DNA of 64,000 bases from Octopus sinensis (GCF_006345805.1 NC_042998.1:115568001-115632000), one strand, 5' to 3'; counted from the stretch's first letter, positions 1 to 13,663 are shown. Notes: generated by a model from the sequence alone, not told the origin. Translations and numbers: made by a program.

Positions 1-34
1 GACATGACAGATCAATAGTGATGTTTGTGTGAAT

Positions 35-355
35 GCGCGTGGCTTAGTGGTTAGGGCATTCGACTCACGATTGTAAGGTTGTGATTTCAATTCCTGGACG
101 TGTTGTGTCTTTGATCAAGACACTTTATATCACGTTGCTCCAGATCACTCAGCTGGCAAAAATGAATTGTACCTGTATTTCAAAGGGCCAGCCTTATCAC
201 ACCTTGTGTCTTGCTGAATCTCCCAGAGAACTACGTTAGGAGTACACGTATCTGTGGATTGCTCAGCCAGTTGCACGTTAATTTCACGAGGAGGCTGTTC
301 CGTTGATCGTATCAACTGGGACCCTCGTCGTCGTCGTAACCTACTGAGTGCTCCT
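35..355 (+). mobile_element. tRNA-derived SINE (family C)
   Basis: Pol III A box TGGCTTAGTGG (40-50), B-box-like TTCAATTCC (86-94), then GTGTCTTTGATCAAGACACTTTA central domain; related partial copy near 14190-14470. Confidence 0.65.
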
Positions 356-1049
356 TTAAGATGTGTTTGTGACTTACCAAAAAGTATTTTCGTTACTTTG
401 TTGTGATTGTTTTGTGGGAGTTGTTCTTCTTATTTAGCCCTAGATCATATATAATCAGTTTGATTATGGATGGTGCTGGGATAAACTACAACAGAGTAAT
501 CAAAAGAATGTTGTAACAAGAATATTGTTTCATCAGTCACGAACACATCACCATTAACAAACCTGTGCTATAATAACTTTCCAGCCGTGACTCTACCCTA
601 TCGTACTTACATCCATCCATCCATCCACCCATCCATCCATCAATCCATTTATCCATCCATCCATCCATCCATCCATACGTACATACATACATACAAACAT
701 ACATACATACATACATACATACATACATACACACACACATACATATATATCTTTAATCAAATATATTCAATCAGAATATAATATACTGAATGTCTAATAA
801 GTGCTCTTGGTAGGGAAATATGTAAAACATTAATGATGTCGAAACGATAGTGATATTTTTTTTAAAGTTTAAAAGTTTAAACTTTTAAACTTTTTAAATA
901 ATCATACTTTACATTATCTATTAATACAATATTATTTTGGACGTATATTATTTTGATGAATTTTGAGGTAATTTTCCTGCTCTTAATTTATAAATTTCTT
1001 GATTTTATTTTATGTGATTCCCTGCCCGTAATTTCGCTAACCACGAAAC

Positions 1050-1217
1050 CTTTTTCTATTTTCTCTCCCTGTTTATTTCTGTGTTCCTTTCTGTCGAAGA
1101 GCGTAGGCTTGAAATGTAAAAGACTTTCTCACTTGCCGAGCGTTAAACTAATACATATGTTTGTTGTTTACACACCCGTCTTCGTTTGTATTTTTTTTCT
1201 TTTGTAAATTCTCACTA
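1050..1217 (+). mobile_element. Short non-coding element with variant minimal hammerhead motif, ending in (TA)n
   Basis: Homologous to 21250-21428; contains cttt CTGTCGA agagc gtag gctt GAAAT GTA aaag (1087-1122). Confidence 0.6.
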
Positions 1218-1758
1218 TATGTATATATATATATATCAAATGGATGTGTTATAAAATTATTCCGCACATACAATAACAGCCGTACCCACAATCCAACATA
1301 ACTCCATCATCAGCTGCCCTAAGGATATCACTATGGTTTCGACACCTGAGCAGAACCATTCAATCCGGCGCTATCGCGGTGTCAACAGCACTAAAATAAG
1401 TGTTGATTAGGAACAAACATACATTAGACATCACTACATTCATTCAATCTTAATTCTAGAAAGGATTAAACACTAACGTTATTTATTAAGCTACAACAAA
1501 GAGACACATTTACCCTAAGTACAAATATATATACATATGTGTGTGTATGTATGTGTGTGTGTGTGTGTGTACTTTTAAAATTCGTTCAAGCTAACATTAG
1601 CGTATGCAAATAAAGTTCCTAGTTCATTGTGCCGGCTATCGTCTAATGCTGACTAATAAGTCAGATTTTCGAGTTTGCAACATGGTAATACCGATATAAT
1701 GTAGGATAGATATAACAATAACAATAATTCTTGGCTGGAATTTATAAATATTTAATTC

Positions 1759-1890
1759 ATCGCGACGAACGTTTCCACAAATCACGTGATTTTGACACGA
1801 GAGTCGATATCCTTGGTATTAGTACAGTATAGTTCTTATTTCGGTGGGCATGCGGTTAATCATCATCATTGATTCATTTTATCAGGCGAT
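1759..1890 (-). ncRNA. Type-I hammerhead ribozyme relic with ~100-nt stem II insertion
   Basis: Minus strand: atcgc CTGATAA a-atgaatca...tgatttgt-g GAAAC gttc GTC gcgat; 5-bp stem I, 8-bp stem II base, core G8>A. Confidence 0.55.
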
Positions 1891-1955
1891 ACTGCATTAG
1901 TGGATGAATCGCAGAGGGATATTTATCCCTTGTTTCCGATCTGAAAGCCACTACA

Positions 1956-2002
<47 letters not shown>

Positions 2003-2026
2003 TCTATCTATCTATCTATCTATCTA

Positions 2027-2091
<65 letters not shown>

Positions 2092-2115
2092 TATATCTAT
2101 CTCTCTCTCTCTCTC

Positions 2116-2155
<40 letters not shown>

Positions 2156-2462
2156 TATATATGTATAGCAGTGCATCAATGCCACGCCCTGATGACGTGG
2201 CTGGTACACCGCTTCTGGATCATATTTATTTATGTAATTACTTATATAATAATCTATATAATAGTATGATATGGAAAACTCAACAACTAACAGCTGTACC
2301 ATTGCACTGAAACAATTGTTGTGTTTTGTAAATAAAGCGTGTTCATTCAGTCTTGTTTGCTTTATATATATACATACATACCCGCATACATTCATACATA
2401 CATACATACATACATACCTACATACATACATACATACATCCATACATACATGCAGCCTACCT

Positions 2463-2562
2463 NNNNNNNNNNNNNNNNNNNNNNNNNNNNNNNNNNNNNN
2501 NNNNNNNNNNNNNNNNNNNNNNNNNNNNNNNNNNNNNNNNNNNNNNNNNNNNNNNNNNNNNN
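2463..2562. other. Assembly gap (100 N) between (TACA)n and (GAA)n repeats
   Basis: Run of 100 n. Confidence 1.
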
Positions 2563-3411
2563 GAAGAAGAAGAAGAAGAAGAAAGAGAGAAGAGAAGAAG
2601 AAGAAGAAGAAGAAGAAGAAAGAAGAAGAAGAAGAAGAAGAAGAGAAGAAGAAGAAGAAGAAGAAGAAGAAGAAGAAGAAGAAGGGTGAAGTTGCAGAAA
2701 AAAAGGAAGAAAGAGAAAAAAGGATATGACGAATTAAATAAAGAAAATAAAGACAAAGTTAACGGAAGAGCATGAGAACAACAATAATATAAGAAGAAAA
2801 AGACAGCAAGAGAAGAGCAAAAAAACTAAGAAAATCAACTTCAGTGTAGTATAAAAAGAAAAAGGACAAGATGAGAGACTGAAGAAGGAATGTGTAGTGG
2901 AGCTGAAAGAAAAAATAAAACCAAATATAAAGCAAAATAGCAAAACCACCGACACAAAACAAGAACAACAATAACAATAACAAAAACAGTAACCTAAAAA
3001 TGGTGGTAGCAGCAGCGACAATAAGCTCAGTAAAATAGAAAACAAACAAACAAAGAAAAAAAAAAGAAAATCGGAATAATTATGGAGCCCGATATCAAAG
3101 ACAAACAAAAACAAAGAGACGAAACGAAAGAGATGTTTAGAGCTTAATATACTGGTAGATTTTAGAAATCCCAGGATAAATGTCTATACACATATACGTA
3201 TGTATATATATACATATATGCATATATATCTAAATACACATACACATATACATGCACATACGTACATCCATCCATACATACACATGTGCATATACATATC
3301 TGTGTATATACATATATATATATATGTATGTATGTATGCATATATTTATGTATATACACATAGATTCATATATGTATACATTCATACACACACACACACA
3401 CACACACATAT

Positions 3412-3470
<59 letters not shown>

Positions 3471-3943
3471 GTAGAAATTCCCTTGACAAAAAAGAAAGTT
3501 GTCTGCCGTTTTATTTTTTAAAATCAAAAACCCGTTTAAAACTTAATATACGTGAGGGAAATATATGAAAGAAGAAAAGTAAAAAAAATATCGAAAATCA
3601 AAAATTCGAGTCAGTCGAAAAGTTATATAGAAAACCAAGAAAACCAATTCGAAGAAGAGTCTTCAGTATGTGATATTATACAAATATGTGGAAAATCAAG
3701 AAAAATAGCAAGATTATATCGTAAACTACGCACACTTGGTCAACTGAGACAAACTACATTGCTTATTTATTAGAGATAGAGCAGGAAAAATAGAATAGGA
3801 AAAAGATTTCAATTATCAGGAGAGACAAGAAGAAAATCCTATAAAATAATAAAAATAATAATAAAAGAATAAAGTTCGTCTTTATTTAGAAACAAGCATA
3901 AATTAGTGCAATCATTAGCACAGAAAATGGTGACAGTTTCATC

Positions 3944-3991
<48 letters not shown>

Positions 3992-4102
3992 TATTATTAT
4001 TATTGTTGTTGTTGTTGTTGTTGTTGTTGCTGCTACTGCTGCTGCTGTTGTTGTTGTTGTTGTTGTGTTGTTATTGTTGTTATTATTATTATTATTATTA
4101 TT

Positions 4103-4174
<72 letters not shown>

Positions 4175-4272
4175 TTCTATTCATTTCCTTCATGTTGCTG
4201 TTTGGTAATATTTGTCTTTCGAATAGTATTTTCTCGTCTGAGTGAATGTATGTGTGTGCTACTTGTATATTC

Positions 4273-4359
<87 letters not shown>

Positions 4360-4417
4360 GCATGAACGCGTCTATGTACACCCACACATAACACGCACGC
4401 ACACACACAAACACGCA

Positions 4418-4449
<32 letters not shown>

Positions 4450-4745
4450 TACACACACATATTTGTGTATGTGTGCCTGCGGTAGTACTATCATAATGAT
4501 TATACGTATTACTATTGATACAGCGTTCATTACGTTAGGCTTTGCTCCACCAGAATCACCTTTGTATATAAGCTGCATTTCTACGTATATTTTAGTCGTT
4601 TCTGAAGAGATGAGAGTCGTAACATCTGGCCATGGTTTTAAAGAAAACTAACAAGTGTCCCTATTCTAATTGTAACATTGTGTTCTTCCATATTGGTGTG
4701 TGGAAAAATAACTCTTCCCCCGTATATAATGTACCTATGTTTGCA

Positions 4746-4903
4746 AGAGTGGCTGTGTTGTAAGTAGCTTGCTAACCAACACATGGTTTCGGGTTCAGTC
4801 CCACTGCGTGGCACCTCGGGCAAGTGTCTTCTACTATAGCCTCAGGCCGACCAAAGCCTTGTGAGCGGATTTGGTTGACGGAAACTGAAAGAAGCCCGTC
4901 GTA

Positions 4904-4964
<61 letters not shown>

Positions 4965-5178
4965 GTGTGTGTTTGTGTGTCTGTGTTTGCCCTCCTAGCA
5001 TTGGTTGACAACCGATGCTGGTGTGTTTATGTCCCCGTCACTTAGCGGCTCGTCAAAAAGAGACCGATAGAATGAGTACTGGGCTTACAAAGAATAAGTC
5101 CTGGGGTCGAGTTGCTCGACTAAAAGGCGGTGCTCCAGCATGGCCGCAGTCAAATGACTGAAACAAGTAAAAGAGTAA
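4746..5178 (+). mobile_element. tRNA-derived SINE (family A, CORE-like, internal (TA)n/(TG)n), full length
   Basis: Head GAGTGGCTGTGTTGTAAG...GGTTCAGTCCC, CORE-like CCTCGGGCAAGTGTCTT, tail GGCGGTGCTCCAGCATGGCC...GTAAAAGAG; near-identical to 30807-31261 and 42630-43012. Confidence 0.85.
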
Positions 5179-5830
5179 GGCAGTTTATTTATGTTTTCTT
5201 TTTCCGAAGTTAAGACTCCACTTCATCGTTTACAGTTCGTTTTTTACACCGATGTACATAAATCTTCAGCATGAATAGAAAAAAAAAACTCTACCACAAA
5301 ACCACAAAACTTGTTCGCATGTCATCCGATTGTTTATTACACACACATACACACACAAAACCGCTCATGCATATTTCTTACACGTAATTTTTGCTTAGGT
5401 CTCTGTTATTTTATTTCATTTTACTCCAAAGATAATTTTTAACTCTCTTAAATGAGTCAATGCTTTCATAAATATATTGAGTGAAATGCCCTGATGGAGT
5501 AATTACATTTAGAATAAGACAAAATATAACAATCCAGAAAAACATAACCAATTTATTTTGACTCATATATTTCGTGTCTGTATCTGTGTATCTGTAAACA
5601 CATATGCAAGCAACTCGTATATATATATATATATTATATATATATATGTGTGTGTGTGTGTGAAGAAAATAGTTATAATAACAATAAGAAACTCATGGTT
5701 TTCGCTGGTATGTCTTTAATTAAATAGATAAAAACAAGGAAGAAGCAGAGATGAGGGTAGCTAATAGCCGGGAGTGGCTCTGGATTTAATTATCCCTTAG
5801 ATGCATTAAACCCCATTTACTTGATACCTA

Positions 5831-5898
<68 letters not shown>

Positions 5899-6198
5899 GT
5901 ATGTATGTATATATATAACAAGCAAAAAAGCTAGTTCTAATTTTTTTAAAGAGATGAACGTAGTAGTTGTACTTGCAATTAATATTCGTAGCCACCTCAA
6001 CATGGCCGCTCCGCTCGACCGGACCCTACTGCGATTTTTAACCCCAGAAGGACATCTCATCCAGTTGGTTAATGATGCACAGCTGCATCCAATGTATTGC
6101 GAGCAGGGGAGCGAACCCTTACTCCCTTCTAGCGACGAGACCAGCAGACCAGCCTAGTTTTGGGCTATTTCTGCCTCTCTTCAATACTCTTCAACACC

Positions 6199-6369
6199 TC
6201 AGTACCAGTGTTGCTAGAAATAAGAGTCAAAACAACTCAATAGCTACAGAATCTCTATAGTGCTATATCTGCTGCCGTAGGGAGCTTGCCTCCCTTGTCA
6301 ATCAATAAGATAGTGCTTCTGTGGCTATTGAGTTGTTCTGACTCTTATTTCTAGCAATACTGGTACTGA
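6199..6369. repeat. Inverted repeat, 53-bp arms (6199-6251 / 6317-6369)
   Basis: Direct reverse-complement match with 3 differences. Confidence 0.9.
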
Positions 6370-6989
6370 TTAGTGACCTTTGTCACTTTAGTGACGTATA
6401 TATTTCTGCCCTTAGACTGTATAATTCCGAAATAGCCACAAATAATATATACACACGTTTATGTGTGTATGTTTGTATATATATATGAGTGTGTGTATAT
6501 GCATATGTATGTATGTAAGCATGGTTATCGTTGCATGCCTAGATCTCGATGCATTTCTTCAGCCTCTATGCATATATATATATATATGTATGTTTGCATC
6601 TCAACTTATTTGTAAATGGATTTATGACATACTAAACTTCTGGAATATTTTACGTATTTACACAATTGCTGTAATTCAGTTTGTATCCACTTTGACTTGA
6701 GAGGCCCTACGTCTCAGTAGTGATGGAACGTCTGTTTTTTTTTTAATATGCCATATTAGTCACGGTTTGAACGCCATTCATCACTGTTTACCAGAGTTAT
6801 AAATAACGTTGCAGTGACACATCAACTACAAGAATAAAAAAATGAAGTAGGATGCATGTTTTTATTTGCGTACATCTGTGAGCATTTGTGTGTGGTTGAG
6901 TGAATGTGTATATGTATGAACATACGTATTTTTGTGCGTTTGCATGTTTGTATTCATATTTTAAAATATTTTTGTTTATTGTATGTTTC

Positions 6990-8990
6990 CTTGAAAAGGA
7001 ATTCTCCACCCGCTACGATACGACGTCGAAAATCTCAATAAAAAATAGACGGTAGATATCAGTAACAGGTTCGAAACGCTACTCAAGATGCAAGAAGGGA
7101 AAAGCGCACACGATATGTGGCAATTGAGGGAAAAGGAAATTCTTGAATCTGCCGAAATACACTTACGGAAAAGAAAGAATATCAAAAAGCGGTCATGGAT
7201 AACCGTACCAACTATGGTGCTTTTTGGAAAAGGGAGGGCATTAAAAAAGATCAACAAATAAGTTAAACAAGAATATCTGAACGATAAAAGCACTTACATA
7301 AACAATTTGTGCGAAAATCTAGACGAACAAGCAAAACGCAATAACTCGAAATGTCTTTTCCAATAGATGAAGAAATTCAAATGATAATACACTGAAAAGA
7401 CAGGCAGAATCAAATCACAAGATTCCTAACAGGAGCACGACAGGTAAGGCAATGACGGTTAGAGTACACCAAGAATTTGTATGACAGGGATCCAAATGTC
7501 GGTACGGTTGATACAGATTTAAGGTATGAGAAAGAACCTGAACTACTAAGAGGTGAGGTAGAAAGAGCTCTGGAAAAGATAAAGAACGAGGAAGCACCAG
7601 GTCTAGTTGTAGTACCAACCGAAGCGATTAAGGTTGCAGGAGATAATGCCGTAATAATACTCTACAACCTCTGCTGCGAGGTCTTGAGAGGAGAAATGTA
7701 GCCGTCAGACTTGTGCACAGCAGAATATGTATAAATGCACAAAGACGGACACCTACTTGTGTGTGAGAATTATCGAACGATCGCTCTGATACCACATGCA
7801 AGTAAAGTACTGTATCAAAAACCTAGAACGTTTGAAACCGTCCCTCGAACAGGAACAGACAAATGAACAGGTTGGCTTTAGAAGCGGACGTGGCACAAGA
7901 TATCATTTGCACAATCACCATACAATTTTACGAAAAACATGAGCACACAACCTTACAACTTTTCCTTTGCTACATTGAATACAGAAAGGCCTTTGACTTT
8001 GCAATCTATATCCACATGTAGCGCGGCATTCCAAAATAAATTATTAGGTTCATGAAGCAGCTTTACATTTAGCATTGGTCCTGTATTCGAATAAGTAATG
8101 AAAACACAAGAAGTTCAAAAATGGGAACGAAGTTCTTCAGGGCTGTATTTTTTTCTCTCCATGTTTGTTCAGCATCTACACTGAATAGATAATGCGAGAA
8201 GCCATACAGGAAGAAGTTGACATCAAAATACATGGCTTGCCTATTTCTAATACAAGGTATGCAGATGATACTGCTCTACATGCCAAGACTGAAGACGGAT
8301 TACAAAAGATGATAGAGTCGAGAAGATATCAAATAAGTATGGTCTTTATCTCAACCATAAGAAAACAAAAGTCATATTAGCTGGAAAAGAGAAAGAAAAT
8401 ATTAACATCAAACTGGACAGTAACAGGTTTGAACAGGTTGAATTGTACAAGTACCTTGGAGCCCAAACCTCTGATAAAGCCATATGGAAGAAAGAAATTA
8501 GGAAACGGCTAGCCAAGGCAAGAATGTTCATGGAAAAGATTAATAACATCTAGACCAGCAAAAGTTTTGCAACTAAGTTGAAGTCAAAGCTAGTGCCAAC
8601 GATCATTTGACCAATAGGTATTTATGCTTGCGATGCATGGAGTCTGGACAATTCTGAAGGCAACATAATCACTGCGTTTTAAATGTAGGTGTATAGGAGA
8701 ATGTTACAAGCCTTGTATAATGATCATCAAACAAAAGAAAGGGTGATGCAAATAGGTGAAAGACAACAACTTCTGAATGTTGTGAAAAAACAAAAGCTCA
8801 TTTATCATGGCCATACTTGAAGAAGCAGAAGTTTGGGAAATATAGATCAAGAGGCAAGCAAAGAAAGCATTTGATGGACAATATCAAGAGTTGTTTGGAC
8901 AAATGTGGCAAGGCATCTGGAGAAATCGTGTTTAATCGAGTAGACTTTCATGGTAGCGTCATCAATGCGCTGCTGGCGTACGATACATGA
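6990..8990 (+). pseudogene. Degraded RTE-clade LINE reverse transcriptase
   Basis: Motifs across frames: EAPGLVVVPTEAIK, CENYRTIALIPHASKVL, EQVGFRSGRGTR, YRKAFD, QGC..SPCLF, RYADD (8255-8269), YKYLG, EIRKRLAKAR; many stops and frameshifts. Confidence 0.85.
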
Positions 8991-9198
8991 CGATGACGTA
9001 TGTTTTTATGTGTGTGAGAATAATTTTTATATGTATGTATATATGTGTGTGTGTGTATGAGTGTATGAATTCGCATATTTGTTTGTATGCAGATATTTGT
9101 GTGATTTAAAAAGTGTTTTATCAATGTTTTCATGTTTGTATATATATATATATATATATATATGAGTGTATGTGTATACACACACACATACAGACACG

Positions 9199-9259
<61 letters not shown>

Positions 9260-10104
9260 ATATATATGTATGTATGTATGTATGTATATATGTATACATG
9301 CATACATGCATATATATAGGCGTATGTCAAAGAGAAAGATATGGCGATAAAGAGTGAGAGACTGAGGGAAAGACAGAGAGAGAGAGAGGAGAGAGAGAGA
9401 GAGTAGAAAAAGAAAGATTGATGAAATAGAAAGCAGAGAATAAGGAGAGACAGACAAAAATATAGACAGACAGACAAGTAGTCAGATAGACAGACAGCCT
9501 AAAACTAACAACGATTACAAATGAATAAATGGATAACTAAGTAAATAAATAAATGAAATAATTTGAATAAATGTATAAATAAATAAACACTGCAGTACAG
9601 TAAAGAAAAAGAGGATGTGAGGTAGATGTGAGATACATGTTGTGGTAGGGTCGCTGGATTGGATTGGAATAATTAGAAAGGATAGATGAGAAGAGATGAG
9701 ACAGGACTGATGGTTGGATGTACGGATGGAAAGATGGATGCTGTGGAGCCGGTGCTAGATGTGTGTGTGTGTGTGGTGGGGGGCATAATGTAGATGGGTG
9801 GTTGGAGGGAGATATGAGGTGCGGTGCTGGAGATGTGGTGTACATGATAAAATAAGCATGGATTTAATGGGTGAGGTGGTGATGATGGTGGTGGTGGTGG
9901 TGGTGGTAGTGGTGGTGGTGGGTGGAAGTGTTAGAAAATGAAGTGATAGTAAGAGGTATGTGGTTACTTAACGACGGAAGCAATCAACTTAGCCATGAAT
10001 ACGTCTCCGAGAAACACTAAAAGGTAGAATCACTTTTAATCAAATATTAACAGTATTATCAACATTATTGCTGCTATTATTTTTTTATATCAGAAAGACG
10101 ATGC

Positions 10105-10143
<39 letters not shown>

Positions 10144-10160
10144 CATTATTATTATTATTA

Positions 10161-10229
<69 letters not shown>

Positions 10230-10530
10230 TATTGGTGTTGTTATTTTTATTTTAGTTTTACTATGATGAGTATTAGCTTTTCTTGTTCATTTTATTTAAT
10301 AACATTAATATGATGGTTGTTGTTGCTGCTGTTGTTGCTATTGTATGTTTTGTTTTGTTTCTTTCTTCGAGTAATGGGCGATATGTTTAGATGTTGCTTT
10401 GGCTTTTGTCAATTGGTTTCGTTCGAAAACAAGCATAGTGTAGGGTGTATACACAAGACAGAAAGGAAGCACAACACAGAAATACACAAACGCACAAACT
10501 CGTGCATAGACACACACACACACACACACA

Positions 10531-10610
<80 letters not shown>

Positions 10611-10620
10611 TAATATATAT

Positions 10621-10798
10621 TTCTACTCTAGGTACAAGGACCGACATTTTGGGGGAGGGGATCAGTCGATTAGACTGACCCCGAAAGAATGAAAGGCAAA
10701 GTCGACCTCGGCGGAATTTGAACCCAGGACGTAAAGACAGACGAAATACTGCTAAACATTTCGCCCGGCGTGCTAATGTTTCTGCCAGCTCGCCGCCT
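10621..10798 (-). mobile_element. tRNA-derived SINE (family B, Meta-like central domain)
   Basis: Reverse complement of GGCGGCGAGCTGGCAGAAAC...TTCAAATTCCGCCGAGGTCGACTTTGCCTTTCATTCTTTCGGGGTC. Confidence 0.8.
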
Positions 10799-10905
10799 TA
10801 TATATCTCCAAATATAATAATGAGCGTACTGTTTTTATATACTTGTATATATATGTGCCCCAGCATGGCCACAGCTCATGAGCTGAAACTAGAATCAATC
10901 AATCA

Positions 10906-10943
<38 letters not shown>

Positions 10944-11057
10944 CAAAATCACAGAGCAGGAGTAGGCAGGAGTACGAGAAAGAGTAGTAGAAGTGAAGAG
11001 AGAGGAGAGAAAATAGTAATTCAGTGAAGAAGTAGTGAGCTTAATAGCCCTGACTGG

Positions 11058-11103
<46 letters not shown>

Positions 11104-11545
11104 GGGGTGATAGATGTAAAAGGAATGAAGGGATGTAAAAAAAAATCAGCATTTCAAATCTGTGTGACTGCATGTGTGTGTGTGTATGTAAAAGAGAGGT
11201 ATGTGAATGTTTGTGTGTATGTGTGTGGCGGGGTACAATGGAAATGGAAGAGTGAACGTTCAACGCTGAAAAGAAAAATCAAACAGCATTTCAACTCTGA
11301 GTATATGTGTGTGCGTGTTCAAGAGAAGTATATGAATGTTTGTATCTGTGATAATTATGCAACTTAATTTATACCTTATTTGTATATATAAAATACTACA
11401 ATTAGTCTTCATTTTTGACGACACAGGGTCAGTATGTGTGTGTGTCTAGGCGCAGGCGTGACTGTGTGGTAAGAAGCAGGCTTCCCAACCATATGGCTCA
11501 GGGTTCAGTCCCTCTCCGTGGCTTCTTGAGCACGTGTCTTCTACT

Positions 11546-11597
<52 letters not shown>

Positions 11598-11799
11598 CAG
11601 TAATGGTAGTAACCCTTAAATTAATGCCGGATGTCTGAGAGTTTGTGTACATAACTCTCAGCTGCTGTTATAAGCCATTCACGATCTGTTGGACACTGTC
11701 AAAGGAATCACCGACTCAACTCCGATCGACTGTTAATTTTTCGCTTTGAGGCGGTGGATCAGCAGATCTTCTTTTATAAGTAAATTGCCGGTGTTATTC

Positions 11800-12560
11800 C
11801 CAGAGACCAGTATGTAGGCGTCTATCTTCTTCGTGGTGTTCCCACATCGGGTCAGGTGTTTGCGGAAAGGAGACGCGGTGGTAGAGAGATATTCCTTAAT
11901 TCGGACATGGAAGCATATGTTAGTCAGTTCCTAAAGATACTTGGGACCAACGGATACCATAGTCCGTTCCTAACTCCATACAGCAATACAGGGCAGTTAA
12001 ACATCGCAAGTGGGATCTCTCTAAAGCCTGTTTCCTGAAGATTCCCCACTTCAATGAGAAGACCACCACTGCTATCTACAAGGCTATTCGCAAGGAAGGA
12101 CACGACATTCAGTTGACCCATCCAGGACCGTTCCTTTGCAAACACCTATCAAGGAAGTAGTCACACGCAGTAGAGCAGTACGGATCACTAACGGACTTCC
12201 CCATTCGCGACACTGTCATATACTTACGTACGCGCGTGGTATACCAAATGTGATGCTCCAAATGCAAGAACCATTACATTGGTAGCACAACACATCCACT
12301 CCACATCTGAATTAAGGAGCATCTCAATACCAAATGTATCCTTCTTCCGCAAAAACCTGATCAGATGTGGCAACACCACCAAAGAGCTAGACGGCTCCAT
12401 ACCAGCCTCTGAGAATACACATGCCACACGCTATTTCCCTTGGCTCATTTTCGTTTCCTTTATGCAAATTACTTAAGCTTTAAACGTGTTTTACAATTTT
12501 CTGCTGGAGAAAAAGCAACTAATGTGCTGATGATGCTTATGCAGGAAGAGACATATTCAA
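11800..12560 (+). pseudogene. Penelope-like element 3' relic: RT thumb, GIY-YIG endonuclease and decayed hammerhead
   Basis: FLKILGTNGYH; FLKIPHFNEKTTTAIYKAIRKEG; VVYQM*CSKCKNHYIGSTTHPLHI*IKEH from 12236; aatgtg CTGATGA tgc ttat gca ggaagaga catatt at 12521-12557. Confidence 0.8.
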
Positions 12561-12860
12561 AGCTGTCAGCTTGTATCCAGACAATCAAACTACCTCTTTC
12601 TTAACGGCATATCAAGTTCAGATAATTTCGATATTTCAAAATATCTCCCGTTCTTATGTGGAACTTGTCACTATTGCCACCAAACGATTGTTGTATCGTC
12701 ATTAGACACTGATATTATTTCAATAAATCAACAATTTATATTGCATTGCTGTTCAAATACATGCCGCTGATCACTCTGAGTTACTTCTCTCACCTGATTT
12801 CCTTTTCATTTATGCTCATGTGTGTGTGTGTGTGTGCATGCATATGTGTATGTAAGTATG

Positions 12861-12945
<85 letters not shown>

Positions 12946-13303
12946 TATATATACACACACACATACACACCATTCTTATATAAGCCACGTAGCTGTTTAA
13001 TTCAATACGTGAACGTGTGTACACCAAACCACACGTGTATGTATGCTTACATCTCCATGGATGCTTGTATGAGCGAGTGTAAATGCGCCATGCAACTTGC
13101 ATGAGGGCGTTTATACATTCATATCTGTTAACGGTTATTATTAATACATTTCTCGCTGCATCGCTTGTTCGTTATGTATCCGAGGCCAAATTATTCAAGC
13201 ATCCCAAGTATGAAAGCAATTCACGCTACCATTTTCTCAGAGGACTATTATATATATAATAAATCTTAGAGAGAGTTATAAACAGTAGCTGCAACACATC
13301 GTG

Positions 13304-13580
13304 ACGTATATTTGCCATTTAAATATGGCTAAACCCTAAGGGTGGATGCTACTGTAGTTTGTAGCCTCAGGATTGTCACACGCCGATGACGGGTCAATAC
13401 CCAGAAACTTGAGTCCGTGTGTATCATAAGTCGGAGACGGGAAGGATGGCTTCCCTTTGCAAATACTGATAGGGCACAGAAAGTGTGTCTATAGCCAGCT
13501 GGAGGAGGTGTCCTCCAGGGGCTACAAACTACAGTAGCATTCACCCTTAGGGGTTAGCCATATTTAAATGGCAAATATAC

Positions 13581-13582
<2 letters not shown>
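13304..13582 (+). mobile_element. Fold-back element: 63-bp inverted arms enclosing a hammerhead, next to (TA)n
   Basis: Arms 13304-13366 / 13520-13582 with 2 mismatches. Confidence 0.8.
13377..13421 (+). ncRNA. Minimal type-I hammerhead ribozyme (U4>C variant)
   Basis: cacacg CCGATGA c gggt caat accc a GAAAC ttga GTC cgtgtg: 6-bp stem I, 4-bp stem II, GUC site. Confidence 0.75.
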
Positions 13583-13617
<35 letters not shown>

Positions 13618-13663
13618 TACAGTTCACAAAAGTCGGGATACATGGCCTTCAGTTATTCCATAA

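Noticed and set aside
35-100. tRNA gene candidates here and at other SINE heads
   Set aside because: No complete cloverleaf; continue into multi-copy SINE bodies
1305-1345. CTGATGA on the minus strand and a 22-nt inverted similarity to 835-856
   Set aside because: No GAAA or stem III in register; similarity too short to interpret
2189-2215. CTGATGA followed by gtg/cac stem
   Set aside because: GAAA half of the core missing
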